Assembly: GCA_044220955.1 (NCBI GenBank)
Contig: JBGAQA010000053.1
Span: 1-45,732, forward strand
DNA from: Sandaracinaceae bacterium
GTDB taxonomy: Bacteria; Myxococcota_A; Polyangia; Polyangiales; Sandaracinaceae
Direction of reading: 5' to 3'
DNA length: 45,732 nt
Below the pieces are notes generated by a model. That model worked only from the letters and a program-made list of their open reading frames with translations. It was not told the DNA's origin and ran no database searches. Shown piece by piece: positions 26,471 through 36,559 of this stretch (positions are counted from its first letter, which is position 1; each line of letters starts with the position of its first letter). The position numbers were made by a program, and so were the translations under genes.

Positions 26471-27780
26471 CGCGACACCGTCGAGGGAGCGCCGAGGGCG
26501 AGCGTCATCGAGAGCCCGGCCTGCAGGTACAGGATGCTCGCGCTCATGCCCGGATACCCGAACGCGTCGATCTGCTGCCCCGGTACGGTCGGGAGCGCGT
26601 CGGGGAGCTGTGTCGGGTCCTTGGTGAACGAGATCCCGCCCATCGCGTGCGCGCGCAGGTAGAGGTCGAGGTGGAGCGGCGTGTGCGTGAGCGGCTCGAG
26701 GTCGAGGCCGAAGCCGCCGCTGAGCACGTGTCGATCGGTGTCGAGGAAGCTCGAGAGCGCGACCTGCGCGGGAACGGGCGTCGGCTCGTACGCATAGCCG
26801 AGCCGAAACGCCGCCCAGCGATCGACGACGTACTCACCGCCGATCCGGAGCGAGACCGTGTCGTGGAACCCGGGCGTCGGAGCCTGGTTGCGCAGCGTGC
26901 GGAACGACGACCAGTTCGCCCACGTCATGTCGGCGGAGATCGACGCCTCCGGGGAGAGCTGGAACGAGAGGCCGAGCGCGACCTCGTCCACGGAGAAGTG
27001 GTCGACGAAGTCGAGCGGGTCGTCGGCGAGGATGCTGCCCGCCCGGATCTCGATCGGGCCGGCCGCGCGCAGCGCGACGCCCTGCCGGTAGGCCGCCCCG
27101 ATCGCGAACTGCGGCACCGGCGCCCAGCGCGCGCCGACGAGGAGCGAGCCTCCGAAGCGCACGTCGCGATCGAGGCGCACGATGACGCCTTGGTCGACGG
27201 TCGTGCCGCGCCGGGCGTCGTAGCTCACGTAGGTCGGCCCGAGCAGCGAGGGCGCGACGGTCACGCCGATGCCGAGATCGACGTTGCCCGGCAGCGCGAT
27301 GCCCATCGCGAACGTGGCCGCCGTCCGCTCGAGGCGGGCCTCGTAGAGGAACGCGCTCGGCAGGTCGTCCCGGGTCGGAGCCTCGATCGTGATGATCCCC
27401 GACGACGGGACGTGGATCGCAGCGCCGAGGTGCACGCGCCGGAGCCACTCGGGGCCGGGCAGGGGCACGACGAGCGAGATGCCGTAGCCCCCGATACCGC
27501 GGTCGGTCGTCCGCGCGGGCTCGCCGGTGCGGGCCTGATCGAGCCGGTAGTAGCCGGCGTGCCCGAGCAGCGTGATCGTCGTGCGATCGAGATCGGCGAT
27601 GCCGGCGGGGTTGAACGAGATCGCGCTCGTGTCGCCCGGGCGTGCGACGACGGCGTCGCCGAGCGCCGCGGCCCGCGCCGACTCGCCGTCGGCGGCCCCC
27701 GAGTCGGCCAGGGCGAGCGAGGGCGGGAGCCAGAGCGAGAGCGAGAGCGAGAGCACGAGCGAGGGCGAGAGCGAGGTCAT
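26467..27780 (-). CDS. OmpP1/FadL/TodX-like outer-membrane beta-barrel
   Basis: SARAAALGDAVVARPGDTSAISFNPAGIA hatch motif; DMTWANWS; LRIGGEY; RLGYAYEPTPVP; LDTDRH. Confidence 0.85.
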   Translation of the reverse strand: MTSLSPSLVLSLSLSLWLPPSLALADSGAADGESARAAALGDAVVARPGDTSAISFNPAGIADLDRTTITLLGHAGYYRLDQARTGEPARTTDRGIGGYGISLVVPLPGPEWLRRVHLGAAIHVPSSGIITIEAPTRDDLPSAFLYEARLERTAATFAMGIALPGNVDLGIGVTVAPSLLGPTYVSYDARRGTTVDQGVIVRLDRDVRFGGSLLVGARWAPVPQFAIGAAYRQGVALRAAGPIEIRAGSILADDPLDFVDHFSVDEVALGLSFQLSPEASISADMTWANWSSFRTLRNQAPTPGFHDTVSLRIGGEYVVDRWAAFRLGYAYEPTPVPAQVALSSFLDTDRHVLSGGFGLDLEPLTHTPLHLDLYLRAHAMGGISFTKDPTQLPDALPTVPGQQIDAFGYPGMSASILYLQAGLSMTLALGAPSTVSR

Positions 27781-28352
27781 GAGGGCCTCGGCACGCACCC
27801 CATCTGCGCCGTGTCGCAGACGAAGCAAGGGGCGCACATCGCGTCGGTCGAGCAGCGGACGTTCGGCACGCAGGCGCTCGTGCTCGCGTCGCACGCGCCG
27901 CCCGGGCAGGCCGCGTCGCTCGAGCAGCGGCGCGGCCACGTCTCGGGCAGGGTGATGGGCAGGGTGCGCAGTGACGTCGCCGTGCCCCCTGCGAGGTTCG
28001 TGGTCGTGAGCGAGACGTGGAGCGGACGCTCGCCCGCGGCCGTCACCGTGAGCGTGCTCGTCGTCAGCGAGCCCGCCGTGACCGTGTGGGCGTCTCCGTC
28101 GAGGCGCCACGCGAAGGCGAGCGGCACCACCGTCGCCCCATCGGGGTACGCGGTGTCCTCCGGCGGAAGCGGTACGAGCGAGAGGTGCCGCGACGACATG
28201 CGCCCGTCGAGCGTGATGGGCGTGCGGTGCGCGTCGCCCTGGCAGAGCGTCTCGGGCGAGAAGAGGATGACCGCAGACGGCGTGTCCGCCGGCGGACCGC
28301 CGCACGCGAGGCCGAGCAGCGACACCAGCACGACCGGCCCCCGACGGAACAT
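27777..28352 (-). CDS. Lipoprotein with PKD/Ig-like domain and Cys-rich tail
   Basis: Lipobox GLA-C; ITLDGRMS...FAWRL...VSLTTTN; CSSDAAC and CSTDAMC repeats. Confidence 0.75.
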   Translation of the reverse strand: MFRRGPVVLVSLLGLACGGPPADTPSAVILFSPETLCQGDAHRTPITLDGRMSSRHLSLVPLPPEDTAYPDGATVVPLAFAWRLDGDAHTVTAGSLTTSTLTVTAAGERPLHVSLTTTNLAGGTATSLRTLPITLPETWPRRCSSDAACPGGACDASTSACVPNVRCSTDAMCAPCFVCDTAQMGCVPRPS

Positions 28353-28379
28353 CGAGCCTGCATGCTACACCGGCCCGCG

Positions 28380-29423
28380 ATGTGGCGGCGGACCATAGCG
28401 ATGCTCGCGCTCGCGGCCTTGCCCGGCTGTCCCCCGACCCTCTCGTCCGAGCGCGGCGACCGCTACCTCGACGCCATGGCGGCGGCGGATCGCGATCACG
28501 TGGCGGGTCGCGACGAGGCCGCGATCGAGGACTGGAGGCAGGCCGCGGACGCAGCGGAGCGGCGCGTCGATCGCGACGAGGCCGAGCACCGCGCGGCCCT
28601 CTCGCTCCGCCGCGAGGGGCGCCTCGACGAGGCGCTGGCGCTCTTCTCGGCGATCGCGGCGCGGCGGCCCATCTCCCGGCGCACGGTTCGCGCGATGTGG
28701 GAGGTGACCCGCATCCAGATGGAGCAGGGCCACCGCGACGAGGCCCTCGCGGGCCTGCGAACGATCGTCTTCGAGCACGCGGGCGACGGCCAGGCCTCGC
28801 GCTCGCTCCGCACGCTCGTGGCCGAGCTGCGGGCGCACGAGGGCGACGAAGCGGCGATCGCGCTCCTCGTCGAGCTCGACGCTCGGGTGCGCACGACGGA
28901 TCTCGGCGACGACGTGCTCACCGACCTCGCGCAGATCTACCGCGACCACGATCGTCGGCAGGAGGCGCGGGCCCTCTACGAGCGCATCGTCGCCGAGCAC
29001 GGCTACCCGCGCGGGCAGCGCTGGGACGACACGTTCATGCGCCTGGCCGACATGGCCCAGGAGGACGGCGACCACGAGGCGGCCGTGCGGTACCTCGAGC
29101 GGATGATCGACCCCCACGCGCTCGGCCTGCCGCCCGGGAGCTACACGCTGCCGCACATGCCCGACGCGGCGATGCGCATCGCGCACATCCTGCGCGACGA
29201 GATCCACGACGTCGACCGCGCTGCGGCGGCCTTCCGTCGCATGCACGATGCGTTTCCCACCTCGCTGCTCCGGGACGACGCGCTGGTGGAGATGGGCGAG
29301 ATGCTCCTCGACGCCGGGAGGCACGACGAGGGCTGCCACGCGCTGGAGCAGGCGATCGCGGAGACCGCCGTGAGCTCCGCCGTGACCCGCGCTCGCGAGC
29401 GGCACCGCGCGGGGTGCCAGTAG
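28380..29423 (+). CDS. TPR-repeat lipoprotein
   Basis: Lipobox LPG-C; repeated TPR helices (GRLDEALALF, EARALYERIVAEH, FPTSLLRDDAL). Confidence 0.85.
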   Translation: MWRRTIAMLALAALPGCPPTLSSERGDRYLDAMAAADRDHVAGRDEAAIEDWRQAADAAERRVDRDEAEHRAALSLRREGRLDEALALFSAIAARRPISRRTVRAMWEVTRIQMEQGHRDEALAGLRTIVFEHAGDGQASRSLRTLVAELRAHEGDEAAIALLVELDARVRTTDLGDDVLTDLAQIYRDHDRRQEARALYERIVAEHGYPRGQRWDDTFMRLADMAQEDGDHEAAVRYLERMIDPHALGLPPGSYTLPHMPDAAMRIAHILRDEIHDVDRAAAAFRRMHDAFPTSLLRDDALVEMGEMLLDAGRHDEGCHALEQAIAETAVSSAVTRARERHRAGCQ

Positions 29424-29455
29424 TCCAAGGTCGCCGTTCGCGGCACACTCCAAGG

Positions 29456-30289
29456 GTGATGCGATCGCCCGCGCTCCCGCTCTTCTCTCTCGCGCTCGTC
29501 GCGCTCGTCGCGCTCGTCGCGCTGCCAGCGATGCCGGCGTTCGCCGATCGCCTCGCGCCGCCGGACCCAGGTCCGGTCCCGAGCGGCGTCGGCCGCCGCG
29601 CCTCGACGAGCTCGGCGGAGGTCGAGGCGCTCATCGTGCCGCCGGGCGGTGGTGCGGGTGCGCGGGCGCGCCGAATCGAGCCGCCCGGGCCGGTCCCGGG
29701 GCTCGACGTCGCGACGCTCCGCGCCGCGCTCCAGGCCACGCGCGCCGATCTCGAGCAGTGCCTCGCCACCTCGGGCATCACGGGGACGATGCGGGTCACC
29801 GCCCGCGTGGCGGTGTCGCACGCGCTCGCGCTCGACATCGTGGCGCCGCGCCGCGACGCGGCCGCCGAGCAGTGCGCCGAGCTCGTCTTGCGCCGCGCGC
29901 TGACACACCTCGCCGCGGGTCCGGTCGGGCGCGCGGTGCGCGCCAGCCTCACGGTGCGCCGTCGCACGCCGCGCGTCCCGCGCCCGGCGCCCCCCGCGAC
30001 GGGAGACCTCGCCGCGTTCGAGGCGCCCGTTCACGAGGCGATCGAGCGCGACCGCGCGGCCATGCTCTCGTGCCTCTCGTCCGCGGCCCCCGGTGTCGTC
30101 GGCGAGGCCTCGCTGCGCGTGCGGCTCGCCCCCGACGGCTCGCTCACGCTCGCGAGCGCGAGCCTGCCGCCGGGCGTACCGGCCGGTCCGGCGCTCCCCT
30201 GTCTCTCGGCGCGGATCGCGAACCTCCGCTTCTCGCCCGCGCCGCGCCGCGCCGTGACCATCGTGCACACGCTCCCGCTCGGCTTGTGA
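29456..30289 (+). CDS. Secreted protein with two AgmX/PglI C-terminal (TonB_C-like) domains (start GTG 29456 or ATG 29459)
   Basis: Signal peptide AFA-D; two helix-Cys...beta...Cys units; second unit ends PCLSARIANLRFSP...VTIVHTL. Confidence 0.6.
   Translation: MMRSPALPLFSLALVALVALVALPAMPAFADRLAPPDPGPVPSGVGRRASTSSAEVEALIVPPGGGAGARARRIEPPGPVPGLDVATLRAALQATRADLEQCLATSGITGTMRVTARVAVSHALALDIVAPRRDAAAEQCAELVLRRALTHLAAGPVGRAVRASLTVRRRTPRVPRPAPPATGDLAAFEAPVHEAIERDRAAMLSCLSSAAPGVVGEASLRVRLAPDGSLTLASASLPPGVPAGPALPCLSARIANLRFSPAPRRAVTIVHTLPLGL
29492..29523 (+). repeat. 9-bp tandem repeat (GCGCTCGTC)x3.5 encoding ALVALVALV in a signal peptide
   Basis: Exact copies at 29492, 29501 and 29510. Confidence 0.9.
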
Positions 30290-30313
30290 TCGGGGACCGG
30301 CTCCTCCGGTCCC

Positions 30314-30958
30314 TCAGAGCCTGAACGCGACGACCGTCCGGCGCTGTCCGAGCTCGAGCACGACGTCGTAGGTCCCGATCACGCGTCCTGCCACCGAGAC
30401 GGCGACCCGCGCCGACGTCGGACCCGCGACGCCGCAGTCGCCCCAGTAGTGCAGCTCGACGCGGTAGCTGCCCGACGGCGGCCGCTCCGCCGCCCAGTAC
30501 ACGTTCTCGATCGTCTCGCCGCCGGGTATGCACGCGCCGCGTGCGTCGTGATCCAGCGTCCCACCGCCGGGTGACGTCCGGTCGAGGTAGCTGATCGTGA
30601 AGCCGGATGGCTCGGTGACGTAGAGATCCAGATCTGCGCCGCCGTCCCAGGCGAGCGTGATCTGCACGGGGCCGGTCTCCCACCCGCAGCCTTCGTCGAT
30701 CCGGCCGTCGCAGTCGTCGTCGCGCCCGTTGCAGGAGTCGGAGGACGCCGGCGTGCACAGCGTCGGCTCCGCGGTGACGCCCGGCGGCAGTGCTTCGAGT
30801 GTGGCGGAGAGGGCGAGCGGCGCTGCCTGCTGCACGGTCGTGTGCGCTTGCACCGCGGCGGCCGGCTGCGGCGGCCCCCCGCAGGCGAGCAGGCAGACGA
30901 GCGGTCCCGAGATCGGGATGGCACTTCTCGGCCAGCGATACGGAAGGCGAGGCTCCAT
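30314..30958 (-). CDS. Lipoprotein with putative metal-binding (MopE-like) motif and YfaP/DUF2135-like domain
   Basis: LLA-C lipobox; CNGRDDDCDGRIDEGC; VQITLAWDGGADLDLYVTEPSG...LDHD...IENVYW...PSGSYRV. Confidence 0.8.
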   Translation of the reverse strand: MEPRLPYRWPRSAIPISGPLVCLLACGGPPQPAAAVQAHTTVQQAAPLALSATLEALPPGVTAEPTLCTPASSDSCNGRDDDCDGRIDEGCGWETGPVQITLAWDGGADLDLYVTEPSGFTISYLDRTSPGGGTLDHDARGACIPGGETIENVYWAAERPPSGSYRVELHYWGDCGVAGPTSARVAVSVAGRVIGTYDVVLELGQRRTVVAFRL

Positions 30959-31132
30959 CGGTCTCACTCCCGACGGAGGGGGCCGCGCACCGTCCCCGGC
31001 AGACCGAGAGGAACGGCGCATGCCGGCCGGTGTCTGACGTGTCGTGGTGTTCGCACCTGATCCCGCTCCCCTCTCGCGTGTAGCAGCGTCGGTGGGCTCC
31101 AGGCGAGAAACAACGCTACGCTCGGAGAGACC

Positions 31133-32293
31133 ATGAAGGCCGCCCCCGCCGTGGCTCCTCGGGTGGACCGCACGGCGCTGCGGCTCCTGCCGGGTGAGGG
31201 CGTGATCTGGTCGGGCCGGCCGGAGCAGGGCGTCGCGCGGGACGGGTTCTGGGTGGTCACTCCGGCGATCGCGTGCGCGGTCTTCGTCATCGCGACCCTC
31301 TTCACCGCGCTGCTCGCCGTGGCCGATCTGCCCGGCTGGCAGGAGAGCGCCCTGGTCGTCTGCTACTCGGTCGTCCTCGGCGCCGGATCGCTGCTCGCGC
31401 CGCGCTACGTGCTCGATCCCTGCGAGTTCGTGATCACGGACCGTCGCGTGATCTGGCGGCGCGGCCGCTCGACGCGCTGGGTGGACCGCGACGCCATCTC
31501 GTTCGCGCGAATCCACTGGCACCGGAGCGTCCCGGGCGTGGGCCACCTCGAGGTGGTCCGCGCCGTGCCGTTCGGCCCGCTCGCCCGCAGCCAGCGCGTC
31601 CTCTTCCACGACGTGCGCTCGCCGGACGTGGTGCTGGCGATCGCGCGTGACGGTGAGCTCGGCGAGCGCCCCGGCGACTCGGACATCCCCCTCGCCGAGC
31701 GGCTCGACGTCGGGGAGCACGTCCTCTGGGGCGCGGGGCCGGAGGGGCCATTGCTCGGCGCGCGCGATCTGGCGACGGCCGGGCTGGGCGTCGTGATCGT
31801 GGGGATCGCGATGGTGTACGCCGCCGCCGCGGGGCGCGTGCTCATGGGGCTCGAGGCGATCGGGCTGCCCCCCGCCTCGCTGGTGTGGACGCTGCTCTTC
31901 TGCGCCCTGGCCGCGACGTTCCTCTTGCTCACCCTCGTCGGTGGAGTGCTGGTGTGGTGGGGGATCGTGCGAGCGCGCGCCGAGGGGCGTGACACCGAGT
32001 ACCTCGTCACCGATCGACGCGTCCTGATCCGTCGCGGCCGGACCGAGCTCTCGCTGGATCGCGGCCGGGTGTTCGACGTCGCGGCGCGGCCCGGGCTCTT
32101 CGGCCTCACGCACGCGTTCTTCATCCTCGACGGCAAGGAGGCGCGCGCGCTCGGCGACTCGGGCGCGCTCACGGGTCTCTTGCCGGCCCGCGACGGGGTG
32201 CCGCCGGTGTTCTACGAGCTACGCGACGTCGAGGCGCTGCGCGCGCTGCTCGTCGAGCGCACCTCCCGCCCTTCGTTTCCCGACGCGGCCTGA
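31133..32293 (+). CDS. Membrane protein with two internal repeats (2 TM + bacterial PH-like domain)
   Basis: LLPGEGVIWSGRPE / LDVGEHVLWGAGPE and EFVITDRRVIWRRGR / EYLVTDRRVLIRRGR; GGAG RBS. Confidence 0.8.
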   Translation: MKAAPAVAPRVDRTALRLLPGEGVIWSGRPEQGVARDGFWVVTPAIACAVFVIATLFTALLAVADLPGWQESALVVCYSVVLGAGSLLAPRYVLDPCEFVITDRRVIWRRGRSTRWVDRDAISFARIHWHRSVPGVGHLEVVRAVPFGPLARSQRVLFHDVRSPDVVLAIARDGELGERPGDSDIPLAERLDVGEHVLWGAGPEGPLLGARDLATAGLGVVIVGIAMVYAAAAGRVLMGLEAIGLPPASLVWTLLFCALAATFLLLTLVGGVLVWWGIVRARAEGRDTEYLVTDRRVLIRRGRTELSLDRGRVFDVAARPGLFGLTHAFFILDGKEARALGDSGALTGLLPARDGVPPVFYELRDVEALRALLVERTSRPSFPDAA

Positions 32294-32421
32294 CGTCGAC
32301 GTTCGCCGGCGTGCGCGCGCGGCGGGCGCCAACGCGGTTGTCGACGCTCCCGCGCACCCGTGCGCGATTCGAGCACTGGCGCGCGCGCTGCACGGACGTC
32401 TCGGGAACCGAGGAGACCGCC

Positions 32422-34241
32422 ATGCACGCGCGCACCACGTTCGTCATCGTCACCGCGATCGCGGCCACGCTCGCGCTCGCCGGGTGCTTCGAGCGCCCGC
32501 TGGGCGCGCTCACGCCCTGCACGCGCGCTCGCGTCGCGGACGACATCGACGTCGACTTCGTCGAGGACGTCGATCTGCTCTTCGTCATCGACGACTCCGG
32601 CTCGATGGCAGAGGAGCAGGGCGCGCTGATCGCGCAGATCCCGCGCCTCGTGGAGATCCTCGCCTCGGGCGACCGCGGGCTCGACGGCACGGTCGAGTTC
32701 CGACCCGCGCGCTCGATCCACGTGGGGATCGTGAGCACCGACATGGGCGTCGCCGCGTCGGCGAACATCGGTAGCTGCACGAGCGGGAGCGGCGACGATG
32801 GCCTCTTGCGCGTGGCCCCGGCGAGCTGCGGCCGGGCGCAGCGCGGGCCCGTGTTCGACTTCGAGCGCGGCGGCGACCCGATGACGTTCGCGGCCGACGT
32901 CGAGTGCGCGGCGAACCTCGGCACCGGCGGCTGCGGGCTCGAGCAGCCGCTCGAGGCGATGCTCAAGGCGCTCTCGCCGAGCGCCCCCGAGGTGTGGACG
33001 GTGCCGGGGTACGCGCCGCCCACGTTCCTCGCAGGCGGCGGTCACGGCGGCCACTCGGACGCGAACGCGGGCCTCGTTCGCGAGGGCTCGGTGCTCGCGA
33101 TCATCCTCGTCTCGGACGAGAACGACTCCTCGCAGCTCGACCCGAGCCTCTTCGCCGAGAGCGGCCCCTACGTGTCGTCCGATCTCAACGCGCGAGGGCG
33201 CGACTTCCCGGACGCGCTCCAGCCGGTGTCGCGCTACGTGCGAGGCCTGCTCGCGCTGCGGCAGCTGCCGAGCCGGGTGGTCTTCGGGGCCATCGTCGGG
33301 GTTCCCACGGAGGCGATCGACGCGCACCTGTCCTACGACGACATCCTCGCGCTGCCGCAGATGCAGGAGGTCACCGATCCTGCGCGCGCCGACCGGTTCC
33401 TTCCCGCCTGCCGCGGGCCCTTCCAGACCGACGGGGCCTACCCTGCCCGACGCGCCGTCGAGCTCGCGCGCGATCTCGAGTCTGCCGGTGCGGGCGTGGC
33501 GCTCGCGTCGATCTGCGGGACGAGCTTCGAGGCCGCGCTCGACGAGATCATCGGCCGCGTCGGCGAGGCCTTCCGCGGCACGTGCCTGCCGCGCGCGCTC
33601 GGTGCCGACGCAGAGGGTCGTGTCCCCTGCGAGGTCCACGAGGTGCTCCTGCCCGTCGGGAGCGCCGGCGACGAGCGCACGCACTGCGCGTCGCTCGCGG
33701 ACGCGAGCGCGTACGGCCTGGCCTCCATGGAGACGACGGCGGTGAACGGCGTGCTCGCCACGCGCGAGGTCTGTCGCATCCGGCAGCTCTCGCGGGACGA
33801 GGTCGCCGCGGGCATGCACGGCTGGTACTACGACGACGGGCCCGAGGCGCGCGCGGCGTGCCCGACGAGCGAGCGCGGTGCCCAGCGGGTGGCGCTCTCG
33901 AGCCTGACGCTCGTGAGCGGTGCCCAGCTGCGCTTCGTCTGCGACGAGCACGTCGAGGGCGACGGTGCTTCCGTCACGATCGGGACCTTCTGCAACCCCG
34001 GCGTGGCCGTCGACACGTGCGCCGCCGGGCTCGCGCCCGACCACCGCACGCCGCTCGCGTGTGACCTCTTCACGCGCTCGTGCGCCGTCCGTGCGCGAGC
34101 GACGCGGCGCGCACCGCCGCGGGGCTCGGCGGGCAGACGTGCGACACGCGCATGGCCGGCGAGGTGTTCGGCGCGGCGATCCCCGTGGGTCTCGATCCGC
34201 TCGCGACGCACGACGCGTGCGTGAACGCGATCTGTCAGTGA
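32422..34241 (+). CDS. CglB-like vWA-domain Cys-rich lipoprotein, frameshifted near 34090 (as read, stops at 34224)
   Basis: AGGAG RBS; LAG-C lipobox; MIDAS-type VDLLFVIDDSGSM; GCGLEQPLEA; LAIILVSDEND; natural-looking Cys tail continues in the -1 frame to TGA 34241. Confidence 0.8.
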
Positions 34242-34262
34242 GCGGCGAGCGCCCGGGACGGG

Positions 34263-34862
34263 TCAGGGCTCGACGCACACGTTCGCACTGCACACGAGCG
34301 GCACGGGGCAGGGCGTGGAGGCGCAGCTCGGACGCGCGCAGCGGCCGCTCGTGCCGCAGACGTGGGGCGCGGGGCAGGGCGCGCTCGGCGAGCAGCTGCG
34401 GATCGCGCAGCCCGCCGTCGCGCAGTACATCCCGGCGTTGCAGTCGGCGTCGCTCGTGCAGTCGCGCAGGCACGCGCCGAACGCGGAGCACGCGGTGCCG
34501 CTCGGGCAGCTGCCCCCACAGTCGCAGATCCCGCCTGGCGCGTCGCGCGCGCAGGTCCCGCCCCCGCAGTCGGCGCTGGTGCGGCACTGCACGGGGCCGA
34601 GCGAGAGCGTGCCGGCGTCCGCGCCGGCGTCGGCGAGCGTGGCCGCGTCCGATCCCGCGTCGAGCGCGGCGAAGGCATCGACGGGCGTGAAGGCGTCGGT
34701 GGCGAATGCATCCGCAGCGGAGGCGGCGTCGGTGCCTGCGTCGGGGACAGAGCTCGCGTCGTCCGCGGCCCGGGCGTCGACCCCCGCATCGCTCCCCGTG
34801 GACGCCGGTGCGCCACACCCGATCACGAGCCCGACGAGCGCGACTGCGATTCTGCCGTTCAT
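34263..34862 (-). CDS. Cys-rich lipoprotein (199 aa)
   Basis: VIG-C lipobox, DAG-rich linker, CRTSADC / CTSDADC modules. Confidence 0.8.
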   Translation of the reverse strand: MNGRIAVALVGLVIGCGAPASTGSDAGVDARAADDASSVPDAGTDAASAADAFATDAFTPVDAFAALDAGSDAATLADAGADAGTLSLGPVQCRTSADCGGGTCARDAPGGICDCGGSCPSGTACSAFGACLRDCTSDADCNAGMYCATAGCAIRSCSPSAPCPAPHVCGTSGRCARPSCASTPCPVPLVCSANVCVEP

Positions 34863-35132
34863 GGCGGCCGCTTGTACGAGCGAGAGCGGGAGCGCGCAAC
34901 CGAGCGAGAACGAGAGCGTCGGGGTCGGATCGGGGTGCGGGGCGGAGCCCCGCCGGAGGACGCGTCGCAGACGCCTTGGATCAGCGGAGCCCGCGACCAC
35001 GAACCGAGGCAGCGGCGGGCGGGTGTGAGGCTTCGACCGCGATGAGCGGAGCGCCGTCGTTCGCGCGGAGCGACCGCGGGCGAAGGGTCACACCCGCCCG
35101 CCGCGGTCCGGCGATCACGAGACGGACAGCCC

Positions 35133-36530
35133 TCACCCGTCGTCGCGGGCGTAGCCCTCGTACTCGTCGTCGAGCAGGTTCTCGAACCTCGTGAACTCGT
35201 GGAAGAACTTGCAGCGCACGATCCCGGTCGGGCCGCTGCGCTGCTTTCCCACGATGATCTCCGCGAGCCCGCGCAGCTGCTGTCGCTCCTCGTCGTTCGC
35301 GTACACCTCCGGCCGGTACACGAACATGATCACGTCCGCGTCCTGCTCGATCGCGCCCGACTCGCGCAGGTCCGCGAGCTGAGGGCGCTTGTCCTTGCCG
35401 GGGCGCGTCTCGACGCCGCGGTTCAGCTGCGAGAGCGCGATGACGGGGACGTCGAGCTCCTTGCTCAGGGCCTTGAGCGAGCGGCTGATCTCCGAGATCT
35501 CCTGCTCGCGCGAGTCGTTCTTGCTGCCGGAGCGCATGAGCTGGAGGTAGTCCACGACCACCAGCCCGAGACCGTGCTCGGAGCGCAGGCGCCGCGCCTT
35601 TCCGCGCAGCTCCATCACGCTGAGCGCCGCCGTGTCGTCGATGAACACGGGCAGCTCGCTCAGCGGTCCCGCCGCGTGGATCAGCTTCGTCCAGTCGCTC
35701 GTCGAGAGCTGGCCCGTCCGGAGGTTCGCGCCGTCCACGCGCGCCTCGCCCGTCAGCATGCGGCTGACCAGCTCCTCTTTCCGCATCTCGAGCGAGAACA
35801 CCGCGACCGAGACCTGTCGCTTCTGCGCCGCGTGCAGCGCGACGTTCAGCGCGAAGGCCGTCTTTCCCATGCCGGGTCGGCCCGCGATGATGATCAGCTC
35901 GCCGCCCTTGAGGCCGGCGGTCATCTCGTCGAGCTTGTCGAGCCCGGTCGGCAGGCCCGTGAGCCGCTCGCCCTTCTCGATGGCCGCCGCGAGCCGCCCG
36001 ATGGCTCGGTCGATGACGACCTTCACGTGCTCGTAGGGAGAGGAGGTGCGCTCCTTGCCGACCTCGAAGACCCGCTTCTCGGCGGTGTCGAGGTACTCCG
36101 CCGCCTCGCCGTAGTCACCGTAGCCCGTGGCGGCGATCTCGTGGCACGCGGTGATCAGCCGCCTGATGATCGCCTTCTCGCGCACGATGTTCGCGTGCTG
36201 CTCGATGTTCGCGACCGTCGGCACGGTGTTGGTCAGCGAGAGCAGGTGCTCGTCACCACCCGCCTTCTGCAGGCTGCCGCGGTCGACGAGCCACGCGCGG
36301 AGCGTGACCGTGTCCACGGGCTGGCCGCGGCGGAACAGCTCGGCCATCGCGTCGTACACCAGCGCGTTGCCGCGGCTGTAGAAGTCGTCCGCCGTCAGCA
36401 TCTGCGAGACCGTGTTCAGCGCGTTGTTCTCGAGGAGGATGCCCCCGAGGACCGCGCGCTCCGCGTCCAGCGAGTGAGGCGGGACGCGGCCGGTGGGCGC
36501 CGCGCGCGGGCTGTCGGTGTCGCCATACAT
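35133..36530 (-). CDS. dnaB: Replicative DNA helicase (start 36530 or 36548)
   Basis: PPHSLDAERAVLG, GRPGMGKT, FSLEM, VDYLQLM, LSQLNR, DLRESGAIEQDAD, KQRSGPTG. Confidence 0.99.
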   Translation of the reverse strand: MYGDTDSPRAAPTGRVPPHSLDAERAVLGGILLENNALNTVSQMLTADDFYSRGNALVYDAMAELFRRGQPVDTVTLRAWLVDRGSLQKAGGDEHLLSLTNTVPTVANIEQHANIVREKAIIRRLITACHEIAATGYGDYGEAAEYLDTAEKRVFEVGKERTSSPYEHVKVVIDRAIGRLAAAIEKGERLTGLPTGLDKLDEMTAGLKGGELIIIAGRPGMGKTAFALNVALHAAQKRQVSVAVFSLEMRKEELVSRMLTGEARVDGANLRTGQLSTSDWTKLIHAAGPLSELPVFIDDTAALSVMELRGKARRLRSEHGLGLVVVDYLQLMRSGSKNDSREQEISEISRSLKALSKELDVPVIALSQLNRGVETRPGKDKRPQLADLRESGAIEQDADVIMFVYRPEVYANDEERQQLRGLAEIIVGKQRSGPTGIVRCKFFHEFTRFENLLDDEYEGYARDDG

Positions 36531-36559
36531 CGTCGGGCCGCGCAGCATACACTCCGCGC

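Noticed and set aside
24183..28305. 660-aa and 612-aa ORFs in the FadL operon
   Set aside because: N-terminal parts are off-frame overlaps with upstream genes; signal peptides and 4-nt overlaps place the starts at 25124 and 27780.
35133..36548. Intein in DnaB
   Set aside because: Normal length and contiguous motifs.
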